From Salpingoeca rosetta (Eukaryota; Protista; Choanoflagellata): a stretch of DNA of 64,000 nt. Shown here piece by piece: positions 33,625 through 55,800 of the stretch (position 1 is the stretch's first letter; each line of letters starts with the position of its first letter). The position numbers and the translations under genes were made by a program. The notes under the pieces were generated by a model. It was not told the origin of the DNA. It searched no databases and was given only the letters and a program-made list of their open reading frames with translations. The stretch covers positions 1,901,451 to 1,965,450 of the forward strand of contig JAWQFM010000002.1 in assembly GCA_033442325.1 (NCBI GenBank). The letters are read 5' to 3'.

Positions 33625-36465
33625 TGGGTCCTGGAGGCTGCAGATGTGTTTTGGGGGAAGGGGGGCGAAGCGCAAGGAGAGGCCGCCAACTGCAAGACAC
33701 ACACACATGCGCGCGCACAAACAAAACGTAACACTTGCATGCACTCAAGCGCACGCAACCCCAAGCCCCGACACACGCACACACATGCACACGCATGCTT
33801 GTACTCAAGCGCACGCACCGATTGGCTTCTGCGCGCCCTGAGCGGATGGTCGTTGCTGTTGCTGCTGCTGCCCTTGCTGTTGCTGCTGGCCTTGCTTCTG
33901 CTGTTCACGAAGCACCTTTGGCTGCGACGGCGCCATGCGCACGACACTCGAGTCCGCAGTTGCCAGATGCACCGTGCTGCGATCAGCGCTCACCCGCACA
34001 TACGTGTGGTTCTCGTCACGCAGCGGCGCAAACACATTCTTCTTGACCAGCTGCGCCTTGAGCGGGACACCATCGCTGGACAGCACGCACGGCAGCACCT
34101 TTCCGTCGCCCGTCCGCACTGCCCGCACCTGCATGTCCAGGCCCTTGGTGGCGGCCTCACCGCTGGCGGCTGCGTTACCGCTGCCAGCACACACGACAGG
34201 GATGGCGGCCAGCCCATCCGGCCCGACGAGCACCGTGTGCTGCCCGTCGCTGCCCTTGAGCGGCTGCAGCTGCCCGTCAACCACCGCGCACTTCACCGGC
34301 ACACCCTCGCTCGTCACGTGCGCCACCTCTGGCTCGCCCTCCTTGCCCTGCACAACGACACAGCGCTCCTGCAGCGGCACGTAGGGCACGGGCATGCCCT
34401 CTGCGGTAAGGATAGGCTCTGGCTCGTCGTCGTCGTCGAGGAAGAGGGTGAGGCAGCCCAGCCGGTCCACCGCTGCCCGCACGGGCTGGTTGTCCTCCGG
34501 CCCGAGCAGCGCGGGAACAACGGCGCCGTCCCCCGCGCCGACGATGGCGGCGACCGCCTGCACGGGGTGCTGGTCAACGCGTCCAACCTCCTTGTACACG
34601 GCGATGCGCGCGCCCTTGAGCCGCATGGGCCGGTCCTTTGCATCAAAGACCGGGTGCAGGTGGCCGTCGCTCGACGCCTCTGCGCGGTACAGCTCCTGGC
34701 TGCCCGCCTGGCGCACCGCAAACGCCTGCTCGCCGTTGCTGTCCACGACGACATATGTGTGCGGGATGACCTCAAACTCCTTGTCGCTGTCCTCCACCAG
34801 CAACTGAGGGGCAGACCCTGGCGCGGGGCTCGGCATGGTGTCCAGCAGGCTGCCCGGTGGGATGCTGGTGTCCGTCGTGCCCGTGACGCTGCCAGTGCCA
34901 TCATCATCATCAGCAGCAGCGCCGGCAACAACCGTGCTCGGGGCGCCCGCAGCCTTTCCTTCGCGCACCGCCACCTCGCTCTGCACGTTGCGCTCAATGT
35001 CGTCCTCCATGGTGCTGCGGGCCTGGTCGCGCTTGACGTTGTACTCGTTGGTGAGCCGCTCAAACTCCTGCTCCAGCTTCTCGTTTGTCATGCGCTGGTC
35101 CTCCACGGCCTTCTCCAGGTCGGCGAGCTTGGTGTCGTACTCGCTCTTCAGCTTGTCCTCCATAGCCGCAAGCTCCTGCTCCTTCTCCTTCCTGATGCGC
35201 TCCTCAAGCGCCGCCCTCTCCTGCGCCGACAGCTCCTGCTGCGCCGGTGCTGCGGGCGCCTGCTTGGACGGCGACACGGTCTTGTGCGTTGCCGCTGCAG
35301 AGGATGCGCCGTTGCCTGCTGCGTTGAAGAGGTTGGCAAGCATTGATGGGTCGATGCTGCCCTGCTGGGTGAGCAGCGTCTTGAGCTTCTCAATCTCCTC
35401 CTGGTACTGCCTGATGAGGGCGTCCTTCGGGTCCTCGTTGATGATGGCCTTGTTCTTGATGTTCTTGGCGCGGTTGGCGTAGCGCAGCGTGGAGAGCGTC
35501 TCGTCGTAGTTGTTGTCGGCCGGCGACAGCGCGGCCACCATGAGCGTCTTGGTGTTGCCGCCCAGGGAGTCCTGCAGGAGGCGGGTGAGCTTGGAGTCGC
35601 GGTACGGGATGTGCTTTGCCTTGCCGTCGACGAGGGCGGAGATGACGTTACCGAGCGCAGAGAGGGAGAGGTTGATTTTTGTGGCCTCCTTGAGGCGGTC
35701 GCCCGTGGCGCCGGTCTTGCCCTGCCGCTCGGAGCCGGCCAGGTCAACCAGGTTGAGCTTTGACGCGCGGATGGTCTCGCTGCCGTCCTCGATGGACTCT
35801 GCAGCCTCAATCCACACGGTGAAGATGGAGTGGGAGCGGGACGAGTCTGCGTTCATGAGGGTGGCGCCGACGGACCTGTTCTTGCTGCCCTTGGCCATGA
35901 CGCGCAGCACCTCCTGCGCATCGTGCACGACGTGTTCTGTGAGGCCCTTGACGTAGACGCCCCTGTCCGGGTGCTCCTTGAGGTCGAGCGTCTGCGCCTG
36001 GTCTGAGGAGAGCAGGTCGCGGATGGTCTCGTTGTAGATCTCGAGGTACGACGCGCGCACGAGGAACTTGGTGTTCTCCCGCACGGCCACCTCCTGGAAG
36101 ATGTGCTCGAAGGAGCGGGGCGTGATTCCGCGGTGCTCGGGCGGATCCGGGATGCCCTCCATGGTGAAGGACTTGCCGCAGCCGGTCTGGCCGTAGGCGA
36201 ACACCGTGCCGTTGTAGCCCTCGAGCACGGATTCGATGAGCGGGAAGCCGACGTCCTCGTAGATCATCTTGGTGTTGGAGTCGATGCCGTACGCGCCGTC
36301 AAAGGTGAACTTCTTGGGCGGCTCATCCTTGCCTGCGTTGGGTTTCTTCAGGTGCACCTGGCCGGCCTCTGTGAAGATGTCCACCACGACCGCACAGTTG
36401 AGGCCCTTCTCGCGCTTGTTCAGTGGGCGGCAGCGCACCACCACCCGCACACTCTCTTCCCCCAT
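31314..36465 (-). CDS. KIF17: Homodimeric kinesin-2, KIF17/OSM-3-like
   Basis: Motor domain [14 protein letters not shown]...[14 protein letters not shown]-loop [16 protein letters not shown] and LVDLAGSE, with [17 protein letters not shown] as in KIF17. Tail exons [57 protein letters not shown] and [16 protein letters not shown]. Inferred stop after SPEW at 31314. Confidence 0.92.
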
Positions 36466-37845
36466 CCTCTCAAGACCTGCGGGTGAACGTGTTGTTTTGT
36501 GGTGTGTGGTGCGTCTATACGTGCGTATGTACGTAGATATGGGTGTGTGTGCGTGTGTGTGTGTGCGTGTGTGTGTGTTTGTGAATGGGTGAGTGGTAAT
36601 GGGTGTGAAGATGGTATGTACGTAGATGTGTGTGTGTGCGTGTGTGTGTGTGTTTGTAAATAGGTGAGTGGGAATGGGTGTGAAGATGGTGTGTGTGTGT
36701 GTGTGGGTGTGGGTATGTGTGTGGATGCGTGAAAGGGTGCGAATAGGTGTGCAGATGGATGTACGTGTGCGTGTTGAATTGCGTGAGAGAGTTGAAAGAC
36801 AAGCAAGCCAGAAAGGAAAAACAAGTGCAGTTTGTTGGTTGTCAACTGGAGAGAGAAAAAAAAAAGTCATGCAAGTGCACACGAAACCCAAACGAGCAGG
36901 TCGCACTGTCACTTGACCTGACACTTGAACGATCTGGCATTGACAACCAACCACATCATCGCCGCCAACCACCACCAATACGTGATGCGATGAACCCCCA
37001 CACAAAAAAAAAAACAATCACATCAATCAAACAAACACAGTCACATCATGTCACGTCACAACATCACGTCACAACACAAACAACCACACAAAACCCAAGA
37101 TCAAGACACAACACACTCCCTCAATAACCCCTCTTCCCTCTCCCATACATCTTTCTCACCAAGACGCGACGTGGGGAGCAGAGAACAAAGCTTTGCAGGG
37201 CGAGTGAGTGTCTTCTTCACTTCAGGTTGGTGGCAGTTGTGGTGGTGGCGTTGCGAAGTGTCGCTGCCTTCACTTCTTCCTTCTGGCTGAGAATTTGGTG
37301 GCAACGAACATTTGTGAAGATTTCGCACGATTCTCCAAATCGCCACTTCCTTGCGACGGCGGACGGAGCGCAGCAACACCTGCACAGCAAACGCGAAGAA
37401 AGACAGCAACAAGCAACAAGGCAAACAAAACAACAGCCAGCGTGGTTGGTTGATGCGTGTCCGCCCTGAAGGAAGAAAAAGCAGCAAGACAACAAGCAGG
37501 AGAAAGCGAACGTTCCGACGCCGCTACGATCCGCTTATTGCGTGCTTGTTCGTTTGGCGGGCTTGCCCCTCTCCGGCACCACCAGCAACACGCGCCAGCA
37601 GCACCTGCGTCAATTGCCCATTTTCTTCCACGTTTCAGAACAGCAAGCAACCAAGGAAGCAAACAAGCAAACAATACTCCTCGCAGCTTGGCCAAGAAGA
37701 ACACACAATCGTCATTCAAGGCTTGGTCCAGTGCTTTTGTATGCGCGACAGGCATCAGCAACGCTGATTGATTGCGAAAACAAGTGACTGGTGGCTGACT
37801 GTGCCCTGCTGCTGCTGCTAATACTGCTGCTGCCGCCGCCGCCGC

Positions 37846-37881
<36 letters not shown>

Positions 37882-38184
37882 ACCCAGAGGTGCCGGTGGC
37901 AAGGATAGCGCAGAGACTGTGACGGCGTGTGATTCATTTGACTCGTCGGCCCAGCTCTGTGTCTGTGAGTGAGTGCATCACTGCATCACCGCATCACCAC
38001 ATCACCACATCACCACACAAACACATCATACCACACTACACATCATACCACACTACACATCATACCACACAATAGATCACTGCATCATTGCATCGCTGCA
38101 TCCCACACGCCGTTCAACGATTGAACTCCTGCTGGGACCCAACCAAGTCGGCTAGGAGGCAACAAGCCCCACACCTCCAGCAAC

Positions 38185-47777
<9,593 letters not shown>

Positions 47778-47789
47778 GAAACACGCCGG

Positions 47790-47823
<34 letters not shown>

Positions 47824-47988
47824 GACATGTTTCCGTCGTGAGTTTATCTTCTTATTGCCGTGGTTGGGTGCGGTTTGATTGACCCCCCACTACATGTACT
47901 TCATTCATTCATTTGTGTGCAAATGTTCTGCTGCGAGCCCGCAAGCATCAATTCTATAATCGCGATTAGACACCATAATCGGTGTTGG

Positions 47989-48044
<56 letters not shown>

Positions 48045-48248
48045 TTGGGGGGGGGGTGGGTGGGTGTGGGTGTGAGTGGAACGAGTGCATTGGTTGTCGT
48101 TGATACATGCATTCGTTGGGTGTCATTGATGGTGTTACCAGAGGTCTTGTTTATCGGGTTAACACGCAAACCCATGAGTAAAAAAGCCCCGCCAGAGTCA
48201 GCACGAGCACATGGATGTGTTTGTCATCATTGCACTTGACAATGCCAA

Positions 48249-49061
48249 TCAGTACAGCTCGCCCATGAGAAGGACGACGAGCGCAGACCAGCCGGTAAAC
48301 GGGTGTGTGCCCTTGCCGGATCCCGTGCGGTCATCATACTGCACACGCAGCAAGACATGGTGGGGCAGACAAGATGAGGGAGAAAATCAAAAGCCAACCA
48401 ATCCACGCGCAGTTGTGGGCACACATACCTACGCGCACGCTGACGCAAGTGACACGCTCCAAGCACGCTGCAGTTGTCAGTAGTGAAATTTACCTGCTCC
48501 CAGATGAATCCTGTGCGTTGGTACTGCTGGAAGATGTTGTTGATCAGGTTACCGCGCAGCTTTGTGTACAGCTGCGTGTTTTGTGTGTGTGTGTGAGTGT
48601 GTGTGAGTGTGTGTGTGTGTGAGTGTGAGTGTGAGTGTGTGTGTGTGTGTGTACGTGTGTGAAGTGTGCGTGTCGCGCGTGAAGTGCGTGTGTATGTGTC
48701 ATGTGTGTGTGAAGTGTGAACGTGGTCAAACCAAAGATGAGACTACTTGACTGTGGAACTGCTTCACATCAGCAAACACGGCAGCAGACACGCCCTTTCT
48801 CCCAAATCCAAGACATACGCACCTCCTGGGCGCGTTCGCGGTGGGGTCCTGCCGTCTGGCCGTAAAATCGGAGCGCGCGCGTGGTCAAGAAGTTGAGGTT
48901 GATCCAGATCGCCCCGCGCCAATACGGCGGATCGTGCTCCGTGTTGTGTGCCTGAGGACATCAGTGAATGAGTGAGTGCGTGCGCATGTGTGTGTGTGTG
49001 TGATGCGGTGAGAGAGATGTGTGGATGTAGATGTGGGAGTGAATGGCATGTCTGAGTAAGA

Positions 49062-49121
<60 letters not shown>

Positions 49122-49509
49122 NNNNNNNNNNNNNNNNNNNNNNNNNNNNNNNNNNNNNNNNNNNNNNNNNNNNNNNNNNNNNNNNNNNNNNNNNNNNNNN
49201 NNNNNNNNNNNNNNNNNNNNNNNNNNNNNNNNNNNNNNNNNNNNNNNNNNNNNNNNNNNNNNNNNNNNNNNNNNNNNNNNNNNNNNNNNNNNNNNNNNNN
49301 NNNNNNNNNNNNNNNNNNNNNNNNNNNNNNNNNNNNNNNNNNNNNNNNNNNNNNNNNNNNNNNNNNNNNNNNNNNNNNNNNNNNNNNNNNNNNNNNNNNN
49401 NNNNNNNNNNNNNNNNNNNNNNNNNNNNNNNNNNNNNNNNNNNNNNNNNNNNNNNNNNNNNNNNNNNNNNNNNNNNNNNNNNNNNNNNNNNNNNNNNNNN
49501 NNNNNNNNN

Positions 49510-49575
<66 letters not shown>

Positions 49576-52030
49576 GTGTGTGTGTGCGTGTGTGTGTGGG
49601 TGTGTACTTGGTGCAGAAAAGTGACGGTGGAGGCATTGCGCGTACCTCGATGCGGTGGCGGCCGTAGTCGTGATAGGCCTTCGTTCGGTTGGACCAATGA
49701 AGTGAATTCAGCTGGGCATTGTCGCGGAGCTGTTGTGCGAGGGCCTGCACATTGCGCCAGCACACAAAGGAGCCACAGTTGAGCGACAACAGGAGGTAAG
49801 TACTGCAACACGCTCCAATCGGGTCCACTTGGCCTTCCACAAACACACTCACACACACGCACACACACACATACGCACACCCCTTTTCACGTACATGAAG
49901 TACACACATGCATCTACACATTCACCTTCACACCTATACACATGTACACGCACCTCAAAGTCGTGGGCTGGCTCGCCAATGCGCTGTGCGATGCGGGCGA
50001 GGACGGCTGCGGCCTCGGCCATCCAGCAGCGCAGATCAAGATGCCGCTCGTTCTCATCGGGATGCGACGCCCTGACCAGTCAGAGCGCATGATTGTAAGG
50101 GTGTGCAATAGTGGGCAATGGAGCAAAAGCGAGTGGCGGTCAGTAATGCAAAGTGGTGGCGGGTGGTGAGCGGTCAGCCGTATGGCAGGCACCACCCACA
50201 TGTGAGCACAAGCAAGCATGCTGGTGCTGCTGCAGCAACTGCTGCTGCAGTAAGCAGTAGAGTTGTTGGGCTGTGCAAGCACGTACAAACACGCCGACGA
50301 GTGCTTTAACAAAAATAATGACTTGTCGTCCATCTTCACCTTGGGTAGTCGTCGAGGCCAGAGGTGAGGGTGAGCGGGTTCATCATGCCTGGTTTGCGCT
50401 GTCGCCCGCGCCAGCGGTACGTGCCTGGCAGGGCGCCGCGCTGGGTGTCGAACCACTTGAACCACGCGGCAAACCGCGGGTAGGCGCCGCGGATGAACTC
50501 AAGGTCGCGCGCAACGCTTGCGTCGGTGTCGTCGTGGGCCTCATCGATGCGGTCCAGTATGTCCTCCATGACCAGAAACCACGTTGGCGGGTTGGCGTTG
50601 TCCGAGGGCTGCACCACAAACTCGTCCGGCACCTTTGAGCGGGCCTCACGGCCCAGGATCTGCTCGCGTGGGATCCAGCCGTAGACGTTCATGAGATCGA
50701 GCCAGTGGGCCAGCACGTCGCGGGTGATGCCCGGGTCCCACCGGTTAATGAGCAGCTGGTGGAAGCCCTCGTCCCACATGAACCCGCGCGGGAAGAAGGA
50801 GCGGGAGGGCACGCCGCTGTAGAGCGGGGCGTCAAAGTACTTGTACAGCGCCGGCTGCAAGGGTCGTGCGGGCTTCCCTGACTGCCGCTGCTTCGCCGCC
50901 GCCTCCTCAGCACGGCGCTTATCCTCCTCCACGTCGCGCACGATGGATGCGCCGTACCAGTACCCGACGCTGCCCAGCATGTTGCTGAGGGCAGCCTTGG
51001 CAAAGCTAATCTGCTCCTCGGAAAACCCCTTCTGCTTCAGGGCAAACAGGCGGTCAAACTTGGCGTCAAACGCCACCTCCCGCTCAGCGAGCAACGTGTC
51101 GTATCCGCTGCCGTGCAGGGTGCCGTGGCGGTGCGTCAGGTCATACGCGCCGTCGCCGGGAGACAGCGACTCGTACACCACCGTGAGCTCAAAGGGCGGC
51201 TGCGCGCGAACCTGCACCAGGTAGGCCTGTGCGTTATCAAACACGCGGTTCCACTTGAACTCTGGGGAGAGGAGCACGGTGGTCAAGTTCTGGGTGAGCT
51301 TCTCGATGCCGTCCACAGGGAGGCCCGTGTATGTGTATGTGTCGTCCTCGGTGACGTTGGTGAAGAAGCGGGCGCGGAAGTTGCCCAGGTTGGCGTTGGT
51401 GCCTGTGAGCACGCGGCCGTCCTCCTCAAACTCAAACCGTTCCGGGCCCTCGTTGTAGAAGTAGAAGAAGATGGGGATGTGGTTTGTGCGGGTGCTGGCC
51501 GGGGTCCCGTCCTTCCAGCTCACGGTGATGCGGGTGGCCCAGTCGCCGCCGTAGTCGCCGAGGTCGCCTGCGAACACGTTCTTCACAAACGACGTCTTCA
51601 GCACCACCTGGCCGTCCTCGATCTGCTGCATCCCAAAGGTTTGGCCGTCGTGTTTTGTCCATGTGTACCGCAGCCCATCGCCTGTTGCACACACATTAAA
51701 AGTGTGAGCGTGGCATGCGTACATGCAGGTGTGTGTGCGTGTGTGTGTGTGCATGTGTGTGTGTGCATGAGTGTGTGCGCATGTGTGTGTGTGTGCGTAT
51801 GTGTATGTGTGTGTGCGTATGTGTATGTGTGTGTGCGTATGTGCTGTCTTGGGAGGAGCACGGGAGAGACACATACACAGACAGAGGGACCGGAGGGAAC
51901 GGAAGCGCGGAGACATCTGGACACACACAGGAGACATCTCTGGACACACACACGCACGCACACGCACACACGCACACGCACACACACGCACGCACACACA
52001 CGCGCGCGCACACACACACACACGCGCACA

Positions 52031-52061
<31 letters not shown>

Positions 52062-52567
52062 GCACACACGCACACACGCACACACACAGACACATACAGA
52101 CACCAAAGCATAACGAACTGACCATGGTCGCAGATGTGGCGCAGTGGGCCGCGCAGCCCAGCCCAGGACAGACCCGCAACCACGGACTGGGGCACACGTG
52201 CGCGAAACCCAAGGTACGTGTGGGGACGATAGGACCCCCACAACATGGCATCGCGCCGTTCCTCAAACTGAGACAGGTTCTTGACTTGGGCTGCTGGATG
52301 TGGTGTGACCACGCTTGGAAAGGGGCTCGTCCCGTGGTAGAACTGCAGCCCAATCCACGTGGCAATGCCCAGGCTCAGCACCGCCACGCAAGCAATGAAC
52401 AGCGTGAACCACACGCCACTATCGGTTGCGATCTTTCCACGCCCACGGCCTCCTTTGCGTGCCCCGCCACTCCGGCTGCCTCGCTTCGCGGCAGCAGCGG
52501 CCCCTGCGGCTGGCGGTGCAGCACTGCCACTGGCATCGTGCTTTCTGTGTCTTGCTTCGTTCACCAT
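48249..52567 (-). CDS. MOGS: Mannosyl-oligosaccharide glucosidase (ER glucosidase I, GH63), interrupted by an assembly gap
   Basis: Type II TM N-terminus; [108 protein letters not shown] and [10 protein letters not shown]. Confidence 0.97.
49122..49509. other. Assembly gap (388 N) within MOGS
   Basis: Run of N between two (GT)n tracts. Conserved GH63 sequence expected between ...GRHRIE and [11 protein letters not shown] is not seen. Confidence 1.
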
Positions 52568-52661
52568 GCTGACCAGCAGGTTTTCGTGTGTGTGCGTGTG
52601 TGTGGGAATGAATGTGCGAAAACCTCCATTCATTCATTGGTGACAGCGGTTGAGCAAAGTG

Positions 52662-52693
<32 letters not shown>

Positions 52694-52698
52694 CACAC

Positions 52699-52790
<92 letters not shown>
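52662..52790. repeat. (CA)n tract occupying about half of the MOGS / glycosyltransferase divergent intergenic region
   Basis: Directly visible; ends 17 bp before the ATG at 52808. Confidence 0.93.
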
Positions 52791-52791
<1 letters not shown>

Positions 52792-52807
52792 GGCATCAAC
52801 CAACACG

Positions 52808-55800
52808 ATGAGCCCACGATTGTCGTCGAAGCTGTGGCTGGTGCTGGCAGTGTCGCTGGTGATCAACGCATACTTCTTCGTGCTGCGCCCAGCGACCACA
52901 GATCCCACGCACCCAAGATCGCCAGACACGCTGCAGCAGCAACAGCAGCAACAGCAACAGCAGCATCACTTTGATGTCGACCAAACCAAGGCAACAGATC
53001 CACCATCACTGTTGCAGCAACAGCTTGAAGAGCAGCTGCGACAGCGCCGCGAGCTGGAGGCCCAGCTGGAGGCGAAGCAGAGCGAGAAGCAGCGCCTCGA
53101 ACAGAAGCACAAGGCCGAGAAGGAGCAGCGCGAACGCATCGAGAAGCAGCTGGAGGAGAAGCGGCAGCGGGAAGAGAAGCACCAGCAGGAGCTTGAACAG
53201 AAGAAGTCCGAGCTCGAGCGCCAGCAGCAACGCCTGCATGAGCAGCAGCAGAAGCTCATCCAACAACAACAGGAGATTGAGAAGCACAAGGAACAACAGC
53301 AGCTCCTGGAACAGGAGCACGAGACCCTGCTCCTGCAACAGAAGCAGCTGCAAGAGGAACAGAAGCAGCAACGCGAAGAAGAGCAGCAGAACCAAGCACA
53401 AGACCACCACCACCACCACCACCAGCAGCAGCAGCAGCAGCAATCCAAGAATGACGGCGGCAAACAGCCCGATGCTGACTCGGAACGCGCCATTGACAAG
53501 GACCCAAGCGTTTCGAAAGCGGACGACGATGGTGATGACGATGAAGGTGACGATGATGACACGCAGACTGTGCTGAAGCACCAGAAGGCGATTGAAGGTG
53601 ATGATGACGACGACGATACGCCAGATCAGGAGCCCCAGCCAGAGCCAAGCGATCGGGACCAGCGCAATGGCGGTGGTGACGCTGGCGGGGACGCTGATGA
53701 TGGTGGCGATGGCGAGGGCAGCGACGATGATGATGAAACGCGTGGTTGGGACAAAAACACGGCACTGGACGCCCTCCCGTACCGTAACCTCCTCAACCAG
53801 CGCACACCGCGTGTGCTTGTGTTTGTCATTACGGGCGGCAAGAAGGCCAGCGTGAAGACCAACAGAAAGGCCGTGTTGGAGACGTGGTTTGACAAGGACA
53901 CGTACTTTGTCACACTCGAGGATGTGCCAACAGGGAATGTGATTCGCCTTTCCCCCGAAGCCGAGGCTGGCGGCCACCGCGGCTTGCCTGTCAAAGTCAA
54001 GCACATGTTCCAATACATGTACGAGCACTTCTTGGACGAATACGACTGGTTTGTCAAGGTCAGTTGTCGCAGACACACATGCATGCATGCATGCATGTGT
54101 GTGTGTGTGTGGTGGATGGGGGCAAGAGAAGAGGTGGATACTTGTGTGTACACGCATGCATCGTTGTGTGAGTATCTGTCTGTCTGTCTGCCTGCCTGAG
54201 TCAATATCTTCTGTGTGGTGAGAATGGGGATACCCCTGTGACCAAGCGTAGAGTCTCATGCAATCTTTTATCTCAACCCACGACTCAAACACACACATGC
54301 ACACACACGCACATACACATGCACACACACACACACGTGCACACACACACGCGCGCGCGCCCAGGCCGATGACGACACGTACATCAACATGGACCGGCTG
54401 AAGAAAACGCTCTCTGTGTACAACCCGGAGATTCCCGTGTACATTGGCAAGCCCTTCTCCACCAAGACCAAAGGCGTCGATGGGCCCAGCCCGCTCTGGC
54501 GCGACTTCACCACCATAGGCTTCTGCCACGGTGGCGCAGGATATGTCCTCAGCCGGGAACTGCTGCGGATTGTCGGACCGTACTTCCGCGACTCCCCCTC
54601 CGTCACTGCACTGGAGGACGCAGCCATCTCCTCTGTGCTGTACCAGCACTCGGGTGTGCGCTGTATCAACACCAATGCGCGCATGTTTGGTGGGCTGGAC
54701 CTCGTGCACAACAGCCACGACCAGAAGTACATCATGCGCACGCTGGACAAGTACGAGAAGCGGGAGCCAGTGACGCTGGTGAAGACCGCAACCATCCACT
54801 CCGTCAAGGCCAACACCACCTACCACATCCACGACATGTACCAACGCATCCTGCAGACGCCCTCCATTGTGGAGCAGACGGACAAGCTCGCCGAGCGCGA
54901 CCTGGAGAGCCGCCGGTGGCAGCTCGTCACCAGCTGGAACTGCACCCTCACCCCGCCATTCCCAGACCAGGTTGCCCACGACGCCATCTGCCAGCAGTCT
55001 GCGCTCATTTCCGAGCCGCCGCGCCGCCCGCAGCACATCGACGCCCTGGACGCCGCCGTCTCCGAGATTGACACGTACATGCCCTGCGCCGGCGCAGACA
55101 ACAAGGGGTCGGCCCCCATCTTTGCATTTGCCCGGCTGCAGAGCGTGCGGGACGAGGCGAACCACGGCCCTCCGCGCGTGCAGGCCGGGGCGGCGCCACC
55201 GCCAGGGGGGGACACCAAGCGCAACGTGGTCATGGTGGTGATTGACAGCCACAACGAGCAGGCGCGGGCGTCACTGGCGCTACTGGTGCGCTCGCTGCGC
55301 GCCGTCGGGAGCACGGCGGACGTGGTGGTGTTTGCGCCCAGCCGCGACTGGGTGGAGCCCACGGTCAAGGGCCAGTGCGGCATGCGCGTGGTGGAGTTTG
55401 ACAACGCAAAGGTGGTGCAGGCGTACCAGGACGCGTACGTGACCAAGCCAACCGAGGACGTGCTGTACTTTGCGCTGTTTGAAACGTTCCTTCAGCGGTA
55501 CAAGCAGCGGTACGAGCTGGCCCTGCACGCGCGGGTGGACACGTTCTTCCAGCGCAACCCGTTCACCACGGTGCCCACGCGCAACGGGCTGGTGCTGTTT
55601 GTGAACAACCCCGTGGTGACCATGGACCAGGTGGAGTGCTTTGCGGGCTTCCTGCGCATCAACGAGAAGGCGACCATGGTCTCCGTGCGCGTGGCCATGG
55701 GCACCACGCAGGCGCTGCGCGACTTCTATGCGCGGTCCATGAAGCCCATGGGCCGTGCCCGGCGCTGCGCCTTTGATGCTCTCGTCATGCTCAACACCTT

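Noticed and set aside
33451-35346. 631-aa ORF on the + strand
   Set aside because: Antisense shadow of the GC3-rich KIF17 exon; it starts in a microsatellite and has no motifs.
51113-52807. N-terminal 565 aa of the 1028-aa ORF 51113..54199
   Set aside because: Antisense to MOGS exons and introns and runs through HT repeats; the credible start is the ATG at 52808, followed by a TM anchor.
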